DNA of 64,000 nt from Trichoplax sp. H2 (Eukaryota). The DNA lies in assembly GCA_003344405.1 (NCBI GenBank), contig NOWV01000151.1:62001-126000 (forward strand). The letters run 5' to 3'. This document shows positions 14,701 through 27,117 of this stretch, in pieces; positions within the stretch are counted from its first letter, which is position 1; every line of letters begins with the position of its first letter. The position numbers and the translations under genes are program-made. The notes under the pieces were generated by a model. That model was not told the DNA's origin, did not search any database, and was given only the letters and a program-made list of their open reading frames with translations.

Positions 14701-15815
14701 AGCAATCGGAACTGTTAGAGCGAATCTTCAATGGAAAATACGGTAGCGAGAAAGAATACCGATTAGAATTAGACCTCGAAATGATGGAAGATCGCAAGCA
14801 ACGCGTTGCAGCTGCACGCTATCGCTGGCAATGTGCTCGTTTCTTGTTAAACCATGCTACCAACCAGCTTAATTTTGGAGTTCAGCGCTGGCATCAGTTA
14901 CGTACAATTCACTATCAACAATTTCATGTACGCTATAAAATGATTGCTGAAACAAGAAATAATTTAATAGCATCATTACAAAATATTAATAACGCATACC
15001 GCTATCTACCGCAAATACAATTGCCATATGTCGGGGCAGAATTTACAAATCATCTGATGGAGTCAATTAATTCTATCTTTAATGATGCTCAAAATCCAAC
15101 AACATATGAGCAAGTCCAAGTGCGTCTAAACGACTATTTCAAAAAATGCAGCCACCTTAACCAATGGAGTAATCAAGTATTAACCCAGACTATCGAGCAA
15201 GATTTTGGAAAAGCCACAAGCGAATATGATGAAGTTAGCCGTATGCTGCGCGAGGAACGCTTGCAATTACTGGAAAATAAGGCACGTGCTATTATTGGAA
15301 GCGATTTTATTGCAAGTATTTTAATATCAAACCAAATCGAAAATGAAGAATCCAAGCTTGAACATCACGATCAGATAATTGATCAAGCCATTATTATCGA
15401 AGCTGAACCTGTACCACAAAGTGAGGAAGAAATAGCAAGCACTGAACAAGCACCGCCAGCACCAGAATTTTCGGTAACTGAACAAGAAATCAACCAAAAT
15501 TCCATCATTGCCGATAATGCGCAACAAATAGATGATGATCATAGACCGGATGTTGCACCTGTGCCATTATCCGACTTAGCACCACCTCCAACACAAGAAG
15601 AATTATTTGGTAATATCGAAAGTTTACGTAAAAAGCATGAAGAAGATGTTGCCGAATTTGAAAGAATACAAGACTATAATCGTCAACGTGCAGATCAAGG
15701 TTTACAGGAGAAACTACAACGTCGTCGAAGCCGACGCCGAAAGCAACAGTTGGAAACGATCCAGGGTCATATGTTAAGTCAAAAAGTATCAGCAATTAAC
15801 GAAAATGCATCGTAA
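8701..15815 (+). CDS. Uncharacterised ~677-aa coiled-coil protein with MGTC N-terminus and Pro/Gln-rich head
   Basis: Exon 8701-9380 ends AC|GTAAGT. Exon 14462-15815 starts after TTTTTTAATAG. The phase-2 junction gives ...LKRQT-VKEYNDVIQIQNPSVKALFINQAQHVAAVDKEQREY..., joining the two listed ORFs in frame across a ~5.1-kb intron. Confidence 0.88.
8841..8883 (+). repeat. CAG/CAA poly-glutamine tract in coding exon
   Basis: Encodes QQQQQLQQQQQYQQ. Confidence 0.85.
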
Positions 15816-18389
15816 TATCAGCGAAAAGAATCTATTAGTGACACATATGCAGGTACTAATCACTTACACAGTGTAAAGGATGAAGAGTCTAGTAGTTATG
15901 TACAATCTTTTAAATTGTATAACGCAAATGAGAAATCATCGTAAATTTTTTTTGAGCGATAAAGTTAAAAAGTATCATTTTATGAACAGATCGTAGATAG
16001 CATATTGCTAATAAATAGAGTCTATATGAATACTATCATCTTATGATAGAATTCAACGCAGAAGAAGGATGGTTGGATGAAAGCACAAGTTCTTTCATAA
16101 CGTCGCCACCGATGTTATAGATTTTACCATCTAATCTTCAAAGTATCTGTAGCAACCTATAAATATCCATGTTTTATATCATACGAGTACAATAATTCAA
16201 TCCTAGATATATTTACTTGTTTCACTTAGATTAAAACAAAGTGATAGAATTTACAACTTCTTTGTGCCTACAAAATAACTCCTCAGTTATGCTATTAATC
16301 CCATACAAGTTGTAATAATTTGATCACATTTCAACGCTTACAATTATCCACTGTATCAGTTGTATGTTGTTGTTTTTTTACCATGTTACAGTTGCTGTTT
16401 GAACTTAGAATAGCTGATAACTATTGCGATAACCAAATAAGTTTTAAATATGTATAGCAACCTGTTTAAGCTACTACAGTATAGCTGCTCTTTTGCAATT
16501 AGAAACTAAGATCGATATTCCTCTTCTATAATCATTTACAGAAATTTTAGGATTGCTATGATTTTATACATCATTAGTCAACTCATATACATGCTACTAT
16601 CTTTTGCATTTAAGTACATGCAGCATCTAGAGTTACAATTTTTCACATGATATACTTTTTCCCTGTAGTTCAATTTATGCAAAACTTTCTGTAATCGCTT
16701 ATAAGTTTCTTAACTGTTTGAAGGTTAAGCATGCTCATATATACAAATGTCAATAAGATCGTTGATTATAATATCATATATGCGTATTCAATACTCTTAA
16801 CAATTTTAAATCAATTGATTATCTGGTTACACCTACAAATGTTGGGAAGAAATGATATCTTACGTTTTGTCGTTAGCTGACAAGGCTTAGATAACGGCAG
16901 CTTAAAATAAAATGTTTTTCAATTAATATTTGTTCTTATGCTATTTGTTATTCGTTGCAAACGGCTTTAAGGTGATTGACACGAAAAACTTCTAGAATGC
17001 TCTGTTTTGGAAACTACTGTATTGATCTACTATAATTGATTAATAATTAATTAATCTATGCAAATTGAATGCATAAACGATATCTAATCGAAGTGTCAAG
17101 GCTAATCCTTTTCTGCAACTTGTCATTCTTGTAATATTTTATCACATTAGTTTGTACTGCCTAATTTTTATCCGCTATAGTTTATCACGAAAGCAGTTAC
17201 TTTCTATCTTGATAACATTACAGTACGAACTTTACTAATCACCTTATTTAGCAAGTAATACCATAACAATTATACTAACAAAGATTAGGTTAGAGTAAAT
17301 AAAGAGCATTTGTGTACACGAACGAGCTTAAGAAATGAAATACTGTAAAGTTTCACATCATTACCACATGTAGTATATGTACGCATACATGGGCTATCTC
17401 ACGCATATGTAATAACTACCGTAGTGTAGCGGTATTTGGATCTGTTTTATTTAGATTCATAAATTAACCGACGAATTGATTAATAACTTGAATTTATTTA
17501 AAATCAGGTTATACGAAAAAAATCTTATGTTACGTAAGTAAATATGGCATGGTCCAATTCCTATAAACATCTGGATCTGGAAATGATCTCATGATTTTCG
17601 CGCATACCATTAAATAGTATTGAACATCCAATCCTCATCATTTATCTGCTTACACGGTTTCTGATAATTTATGCAAAACATCTCTTAACTTAGGGTACCA
17701 CGTATTATGTCATACAAGATATTTTTAATCATCACCATTTGCTATCAATTTATGCGAGTATGCATAATCAAAGTACCAATACAGAACAATCTCTAAACAC
17801 ATTACATGGCCTTTAAAAGCATTTAATATGCTAAATGATTATTAAAATAGGCAATAACGCAATCTTCATACAAAAAACTTTCCGTTATAGTAAATAGTCG
17901 AAAATGCTGAAACTGATTTCCTATTGCATAAGGTGACTTAAGTTTAAGGGTATCAATCATTAATCCATTCTTTTCCGGATTAATGCTAACAAGGATAAAT
18001 TAAATTTTAATATAGGCGGAATGAAATTAATCATAAATACAGCGATTATGCCTTTTCAGAGTTCGATGGTCAATTCACCGTTATAAAACATTAAAACCTT
18101 CATCATGATTTTAGTAAATTAAATCATTTTCCTTTTCCCATATTTAACGGTTAACATATTTATAATCTAAAAATTATCCAAGTGACAAACAATATTCAGC
18201 CACCGATCTCTTTTATATGTAGTTCAATGGATGCAGGACAAATCCGTAAATAAACATTCTTTGACTGAGATTTAAAAAATTTCGCGATATTTCATTTATT
18301 AGGCCTGAAGTCGTTTCTTATTGCGACATAACTCGTATAAATTAATATGTAAAAGTAAGAGTTATATAGGTATTTTGTGAGGGTATAAA

Positions 18390-21300
18390 TTATTTGTGGT
18401 AGATTGCTGTAATATCTGATAACAATTCATTGGCTGCCATCTTAACCTGTAAAGGAAATAAAGAAACAACTAAGATTGAAATGTGGTAGAACATACAATC
18501 TCATTTAAATCAACACAGCTAATCAGTTACACGATAAGCAAATAACTCTAATATTATTACCTCTGAACTAGAATCGTCAATAAAATTATGAATTAAAGAC
18601 AATGGAATAGTTGCTTGTAACTTTTTGGTAAACTCTGGACTGTCTGGTTCAAGCGCTAGTGACTGCAATAGCCTAAAACCAATAATTGTTAACAAGTACT
18701 GAAAACAAAATTCTAACTCAAGAATCATAAGACATAACCATTGTACGTTTTCGATTATTACCTTAACGTATTGTATTTGGTTTCAGTATCACTTTCTTCT
18801 ATATTTATGAAATAAGTAATTTTACGTTTTAGTATTGCTCACATCAGATAAGCCTAACTTATACAACAAATTAATGCAGCTAGTTTTGTCGATGAAAGGA
18901 AATACTCTATACAGTTAGAATACTTCGAGCCAAAACCATTACATACATAAAGACAAATTAATCATACAACAATTATCACTTTTCTTATTCATACAACCTT
19001 TCAAAAGATTCGCTATCAAAGGTAAAATATCATCCCTTGAGCTAACATAGCGTAACCCCCTCTGATTTATGCTGTAAAATTTAAACATACCGTCAGATCA
19101 GCAATCTAAACTGGTAAGCATGAATTAGAAAAAGGTATTTCTTTAAAAACAAGCCAGTCAATACCTCATATTGTATACAGCCATCAAAATTAAACTAGAA
19201 TGTTACAAGAACAATAAAATTTCGATTTAATAAGTAACACTTGTATGGCGAAACAATTTCAAGATTTGTAGATATAGAGACGTTATGATACATAAATATA
19301 AACAAATGTGTACAAAAATGCAATAGCATTGGTGTACTAACTTGCGCAATTTGGTGCTAATGGAATTTATGGAGAAGAATAAGAAAGTATATATCATTGA
19401 ATTAGTGCTGGTTACGATTTTAAATTGAATCAGTAACATTAATGGCATTTACAATCAAAAATTTCGTACCTAAGCTTATTATTTGGAGCTGCACACAAAA
19501 CGGTAAAAAATGCTTCGAAAACCTCACGACCACATTCACTAGAAATTAGATAGTCTCGCCCATCAGGTGTAGCTGCCATATCTGAACATTTTTACAATTT
19601 CACGATTTAAATTATCAAAATAATAACAATCAAACTTGAAATTATAGATTAGCAATTTATGAAGCAGTCCTCATTAATAGCTATACATAATGACAGTACA
19701 TGAGAGATGTTACATACTTGTTACGATTCCGCATAATGACAGAATGTACTCGGATTCATCAGAAATTTCGGAAGGCATAGCAACAGATTTATCAGAATAC
19801 GTAGCGATAAAGCTATCTATCGTTTGTGCTACCAATCGTAAAAACTCTTCCGTTCTGACCTATGATATTTTACACAGGAAACGGACCATTATGGAAAAAG
19901 AAGTCCAAATTCATTATTTATTCTAAAGCATGCAAAATAGATCATAAACCATAACTATACCCCAACAAGCATCGATTGCACACACTGTTCATCTTTCGAT
20001 AGCTTCCACAGCATCGTTCCCATCGAAGCACCCATGTTAGCGCAATATTCTAGTTGTTGTGATAATTCTTCATTCATTTGTGTTAAAGTTCCCTATTAAA
20101 TTAAAATATAATTCGCCACTGTAAAATAGCTGATTAATAAATTCGATTTCTTAGTTATTCTTCGACCATTTACCAAACCAAAAGTAGAATCATGTGTTAC
20201 CTGCAAACGATCAGTTTCCTAAAAAAGGTAACGGAACGAATTGATGAAATAATAGTTTTTAAACGTATTGCGGAAACTCATCACTTATGGTAATGGTTGT
20301 AGAATCTATTTTACCTGTTTTTGCACTTTCACCTCATCTTGAAGTTGCTCATGTTTGAACCTTAAATTTTCATATTCAGTTTTTAAATCTTGAAATAATT
20401 GTTGGTAGTTATTGCCTAATAATAGAATAAACTAAATTCAATTATATCCTAATTTTATTACTAGCCAATAGCTCAGGAATTTATATCAGAAGCAACAAAG
20501 CACTTAACGACATGATACCACTACAAAAGCATACCGGTAACATTTCCTGAGGGAAAATGATTCAGGCAACGCTGGTCATCAGCAACAATCTAGATAGTAG
20601 CGAATAGGATTATCATCTTCAATAAATGGAAAATAAACCTAAAAACCGCCTGGTCTCGACCATATTCTTAATTATAAAAATGTGCAATATTACACCTCAC
20701 AATAACAAAATACCGCACCTTCGGAAGGAAAGATTTTAGTTGCATAACTTCCGCTACTAAATTTTCTAAATCCATCTTTGGTACTTTAACAAAACTGCCT
20801 GGACTACTATCGTTAGGCAAATTTGCGCTGGCTTTCTACAATATTAATTTAAACAGAAATCACTGATAATGTGATAAAAGCGAACTGTAAACAACTGGTA
20901 CATACGTGTAATATTTCCTACAACAAATCAGTATATTATTAACCGATAATATATTATTATCCCTATTAGTTTTCAGCTCTTTTAAGCGATGTTGTCTTAA
21001 CTAAATTAATCATAGCATACAGTAACTATGTTTAAATGGGCAAAAGAGGTGATTTTAAACAAAATCTGTCCTGAAATGCATTTTTAACAGATAGACCCAC
21101 TAAAATTTTTATCAAGTGGCGTATAGACTTACAGGTATATCTTGGCGATGCGTTAGAACCATTGCTTGATTGGGATTTGCTGAATTTTCAATAATATCAT
21201 TGTTCAATTTAATACTTTGATTATCTTTTCTTTCCTGGAAATCGGATTACAGTACCGTATTAATGATATGCAAAATATCTATTATTTCTGTGACTTTCGT

Positions 21301-21397
21301 AACATAAATAAATAATAAATGACTTTCAGAGCTCAAGACTGATAAACGGCTTTACCATATTCACACAAACTGAGTTCGAATCAAGATCACCGGCCAT
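18390..21397 (-). CDS. HSF2BP: Heat shock factor 2-binding protein / MEILB2 homologue (coiled coil + armadillo-like domain), ~400 aa, ~16 exons
   Basis: Manually spliced GT-AG exons, all phase-consistent: 21356-21397, 21133-21234, 20944-21000 (or a 12-nt exon at 20906-20917), 20719-20835, 20535-20589, 20315-20415, 20201-20218, 19961-20092, 19718-19859, 19470-19581, 19342-19356, 19165-19194, 18998-19071, 18762-18798, 18561-18672, 18390-18446. Peptides FVKVPKMDLENLVAEVMQLKSFLPK, QQLEYCANMGASMGTMLWKLS, ESEYILSLCGIVTNMAATPDGRDYL, LMAVYNMSINQRGLRYV and LRLLQSLALEP are collinear with vertebrate HSF2BP as recalled from memory (FVKVRKKDLERLTTEVMQIRDFLPR, QQAEYCTEMGAAACTLLWGVS, ALAGIVTNVAAIACGREFL, LMSLYNVSINLKGLKYI, LRLVQSVVLEP). 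The three 5'-most exons are less certain. Confidence 0.92.
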
Positions 21398-24187
21398 AAG
21401 TCCTCGTAAGATTTATCATATCGTTAAAGTCTCGTCAGAAACACGCGGATATATCTCAGACCCTACCATTGAAAGAATAGAAAAAGTTCACTTAAAATAT
21501 ACGTACATGTAGTATTGTTAATCTACTACATTAAATTTGTAGCAGTAATCTCTGAGGTTTAACCGTAAGGGGCTTTATATTAGTACTAATTTAAAGAGAA
21601 ATCAAAAACAATAATCAATTACAGGTAATAGATACTACGAATGACATTGTTCTATAACGATAAAAAGGTCTACATCTGGATAGTACAATATCCTGCCTAA
21701 ACCATAAGAGTAACAGAAAGGTATTCGAATATCAGCTACAATACGTAGATAAAAAAATCATGACAATACCTCTATTTGCCCAACACTACTTAGAAAATAG
21801 AACCAATATTCGTATAAGTTAATGATTTCTGTTTATGAAGTAAGAATAAAGGATAAATACGCTTTCATCATGAGACCCTAAATCTGTTTAAGTAACGAAA
21901 TTTAAACATTTTACAGTGCTGTTATGCAGTCTTATTAATGTTAAGTAAAGTTTTAACTTTTTCACTAAAATAATAAGTAGTAGTAAGTAATTTACCATTA
22001 GTGTTCTCAAGCACAGACAGTAATAGTACTACCAGTCAGTTATATTATCGATACAACGAAAGAAAGCTGTCATACAGTATGTGTAAAAAGTAAGACAAGC
22101 CACATATCTACACCTTCAAATTATTATTAATCCTTTGTTGGTTGCCATTCCTAATCTTGAAATGTTTAATAATACTAACTAGTATATGTATTGAAACTGA
22201 ACTACGATGATACTGTAATTATGCCTTAACTTACTAGAATTTTGTACGTATACAGTTCACCTTCATAAGAATATTTACCGTTAGAGCAAGTCGTATGTAA
22301 TATGCGCGTACGCTAAGATTTTTACGGCCAAGTTAGAGAATGAATAAAGCAGTAACTAAATAGATAAACTCCAACTAAAATTAATCTGATGGCAATAGAT
22401 AGATATTCATAAAAGGAAGGCAGTATTAGTAGTTCCTTTCTCAAATAGCCAAGATGCAACTGTCATATTTCGAATCATTCGATTGTAAAGTTAATTACTT
22501 TTACAGACCACCTTCAGTGCCTTTATAAATAATTATTTTTGTGCATGTGGACAATGGATAATCATATGAAATACAATATTGACTAATAGTAAGAAGAATG
22601 GATGAACATATAATTGTTATATAACGAAGCAAGGATCATTCAGTCGTTAGGCTGATTTATTACGTTATATGATACGTTGCTCTTAATCTAACCAAATATA
22701 ATTTAGCCTGTAGAAAAACATCAATCAGCAAGAACAATAAAATATGCTTATGTTATGTCGCCTTGTGTCTGAGAATAGAGGAAGTCAGAAATTCAAATGA
22801 CAATCACAGCGATTCCATTTGCTTAACAAATTATTTACTATTGTCATTCTTTAATTTTGAAGATGAATAACGTACAATTAACTATTTCGAAATCAAAAGC
22901 AAGTCTACAAGGATAACATAAAGTAAGTCATCGATAATTGGATTGATCTTGTCATCATCGAAGCATGATATTGAATAAAATCAACAATAGATTCCCCTAG
23001 CGATTCAAAAACATCACAGAGAATATAAAATAGGAGCCGCGATAAAACCGAAAGGATACATGACAAAATATGACATAAAATCATCAAAACGTTTAGCATT
23101 TCAATGCCTAAAACTGTACCGAAATTATTTTTAGGAACACTAGATTTTGAATGTGTGATCGTTCTTCAACCGATTAAATTCCTATCCATTTCAAATTGGC
23201 CTGAGGGTATACAGTAAATGTATTGACTAAGAGTACATTTGTTTGTTAATGGACGTAACTACAGACTCTACTGAAAGTAACTCGATCCTAAATTTGTCAA
23301 TACGTGGATGTCAATTTAGAATAGAATTTTCGAAAGTAAATTTCAGGGTGTAGAAAGGAAGCTTAATATTAATGACCAAGTAGAAAGTAATGATTGGCTT
23401 GAATCGAATAGTTGGATAAGAGTCAGTGCTAAGCTCATAATTAACTGCGGTACTGAATCTTTCAAGGCTAATGATTGCAAGTTATTATACAGTAACAAGT
23501 ACCATTATAAAGTTATAGATGTAGACGTATCTAAATTAAATTAAAGAACATTTCTCTAATTTAGCATCTTATTAACAGTTGATTAACTCTAGTCTGTCGG
23601 ACATTCCAATAATCACCATAATAGCGGATTGTAAAACGGTTTTAAATAAATATTTCCTATAAACAGTAGGAACAACACCGTATAAAACGTGATCTACTGC
23701 ATTTTACATTTAATAAATAGACTTACCGTATTGCATTAACTCTAAATGCAATGCTGCATTCTCAAGTGCTATGTATCCGCCAAAATCGATTAATATATAT
23801 GCTAATACTAGGAATACAGCATATTCTTAATTTTGAGATAAATGATCGAATCAATCGTATTGACTTGATTTATATACAAATCGTCACAACGTGTACTGTA
23901 TAACGTAGTAATTAAGAGTTGGTTGGTATCAATATGCTAGCCTGACACAAAATAAACGCAACTATCATCTGATTCACGTCAGCATCGACTGTAGGTACTA
24001 CTGAATACTGTATGTACACCTGTATAGCTCATTTAGACGCTGGAATACTTCTACTAATTGTTATTAGTTTCCATGACTCTGATTAACCATCTTTATGTGG
24101 TTCATTCATCTCATGACGTAAATACGCATATACTGTACATGTACTGTGCTACTGTATGGACGATCTTGGTGAAAAAGCCCCCAAAAT

Positions 24188-24524
24188 GACTGATTTGTCA
24201 GTTGCATTTGCAAAGGAAAAGTCTAATATAATATGCTAAATGGATACTGATTTCTAGTAAAAGCTCTTCAATTTCATAGTAACTGTCTTACGTAATTATT
24301 AATTACACAGTGTTTTACCGAGTAAAATAAATAAACGTATCGTGAGGTACTTTCATCGACTGATTTGTCAGTTGCATTTGTAAAGGAAAAGTCTAATATA
24401 ATATGCTAAGTGGATACTGATTGCGGTAAAGCTCTTCAATTTCATAGTAACTGTCTTACTTAATTATTATTACACAGCGTTTTACCAAGTAAAATAAATA
24501 AACGTATCGTGAGGTACTTTCATC
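24188..24524. repeat. Direct tandem duplication, two ~170-bp units
   Basis: GACTGATTTGTCAGTTGCATTTG...GAGGTACTTTCATC at 24188-24357 and 24358-24524, with few substitutions and small indels. Confidence 0.95.
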
Positions 24525-26100
24525 GAATATTTAACATTGTACTGTATTACGTCCATCTATTGTATATTCTTTCGTAATGTATTGCTTAAATCCGTCTTTA
24601 ATAATTTAAATATAGCGGCTGCTTTCTTCCTTTTCATCGTCTTAAGCGAATATGTAAATATTCTTGTATATCGGTAATAACAGAGGAAAGCACGATCTAT
24701 AACTGACGTACTGTGCGGCACTTTGAACACCAACTGAAAATCATGTGAATAATAATTTTGTAATAGTCTCGTCTTGAAAGAAAAAGATTCTGACTATGCT
24801 ATCGGGGATTCCAATCATCTACTGGTATACTTTGGATAGACATCTACCTCATGTTCGTATACTATGCTTCACAAGTCACAATGAAAATTACAGAGTAGTA
24901 ATGTCCTATTTCATAGCGAGTCAAAGAAATAAATTCACTCTATCATACGTTGAGGGTAAAACTGTACATAATAATGTTGATATTTAACTACCTTTTAAAT
25001 AACCAAATATTTTACTCTGTGTAAGGGCATCATTTACAACAGGAAAACTAAACTATTTCGTTTAAGAAAGACATGATTGCAACATAGTTTGTTGTAGTAA
25101 GGCTAAAGTAGACAACTCTATATTTCAAAGAGAAATTTGACAGATCTTTGTTGCAACAAATAAAATCAATGACACTGGCAGTGACGCGGCCAGTATATGA
25201 CCTTCAGGAAGTGCTATGAGTTATCTACTAAATCCGGTCTTAAAAATTATTGGAAAAGAATTTTTCGTGCATCCAGCCAGTACTATCCTTTACCAACTAC
25301 TATGTCTATCAAAGCAATAATTATTCTAATTACTGACATTCAATTACTTCAACACTACGCCATTTCTACTCACTTTCAATCTGCCAAACGAATTGTGCTA
25401 TCGGGCAGGGCGGATATGCATTACGACAACGTATGGATGACCGACCTCCAGTCTGTGAGACGGCCTATCATGGATGACGTGTGAACAGTGATAGGAGCAT
25501 AGCATAATATAGGTGTATAATCTAATTTACTACAGTATTTAATGATTAATTATATATTATATCATACAGTATATTTAATGTAGTAACTTGATCCCGAATG
25601 CTGCCAGTTGTATCTTTATAATAGTAGTGTACTTGCAAAGTTTCTATTATGTTATTCGTAAAATTACGCTCTTACTATTCTATCAAATGATCGAAATCCG
25701 TCGCAATCACTACTCTACCAACCGGGGCAAACAAACAAAAAATTTCATAGAAAAACTATTTGAAACTCTAATGTCAACAGTTGCAAGACGTTCGCCTTCT
25801 ACAGTAAATCACTAGCAATCCTTGTAAGCGTTCGTTATCATGTTGGACATTCACACAAAAAAATAGGCAAAATCCTCAGCCTTACAACTGGGCGATCAGT
25901 GATAACTGAAAGGATTGTTGGGTACGATTCCTACCTTTGAAATATCTTAAGCAATGAACTGATTGAAGGTTGGCAGATTCAAATTTCAATTGCAGGCCAG
26001 AAATTTCTATAGCTCAATACTGTCCAGTATCGCGCGCATTCCAAGAATTGTCCAAACCTTTCACTCAACATGTCTTTTTATAGGCGAGTCTGGTATGAGC

Positions 26101-26225
26101 ACAGTATGACTAGGGTACAGTACAGTACAGTACAGTACTACAGTGCACAGGGTACAGTACAATACTGTACCAGTTTGATAGATCTACTGTACACTGTGCA
26201 GTAGAGACCCTTTACTCTACACTAC
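26101..26225. repeat. (TACAG)n / TACTGTA motif cluster
   Basis: (TACAG)4TA at 26116-26137, followed by further TACAGTA, TACTGTA and TACACTA motifs. Confidence 0.85.
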
Positions 26226-27117
26226 GCCAACACCGACTGCGCATTCCTTCAATGGCATTAGATCGTGCAATTTACTTTTGCTTTGGTCGTGTGGATTATG
26301 ATACTTGGGCAGATTATTTCAATGCACTCAGCTAGTACGAGTATTGGTATTTGTACAAGCGTAACGATTTTATTATAGTTGTTAGCTTTTATTATAATAT
26401 TTCGTGGTGCAATACATCAACAAAGACCATATCCATGGTTGTTGAACAAATTACATGGCAATTCAGTAAATTACTGAGTAATATGTACTGATTGCCATAT
26501 TGAATTGGATCGAAAGCGTATTGGTTAATTAAATAAAATTCATCCAATAGTGAGTTTATGCGAAAATGTAAATGAAGTAGCGGATAGGATAGGGTGTTAA
26601 ATGCAACACAAACTTGATTGTGTATCATTCACCAGTCTTAAATAGCATTGGGTACATTACATATACATTGATGAAAAGCATGATTTACATGCAGTAAGTG
26701 TTATGACAGTGATAAATAATGTACAGTTATCTCGTTATCAGTTCGTCTCTCGGAATATTATATATATAATAATTGATTGATCATAATATCTAAGTTTGTA
26801 ACTATACAAGGTACATTGCAGTTTAAATGATAAATATTAAGTTACGTATATAGATAAAAGATTACATAAAATGAGCAGTAATGTAATAAATTAAATTATA
26901 ATTGAAATTCGCAGGTAAAGATTTTAAAATAGCAAGCGCGTGGAATATACAGGAGTTATAATAATATCGAAAAGAGGGATTAATTTTGACCAAATAAAGC
27001 AACATAAATTGCTTTCATTCGGTTATAAGTTATCTTAAAAAAGGCATTTCAAATATTCCATTTTAGAAGATACTTAGCGGTTTAGAAATCATCAGTTGAC
27101 AAGCTATGTAACTGCGG

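Noticed and set aside
23320-23544. ~74-codon stop-free frame with an upstream TTTCAG acceptor
   Set aside because: Several such frames are expected by chance in 64 kb; no recognisable product.
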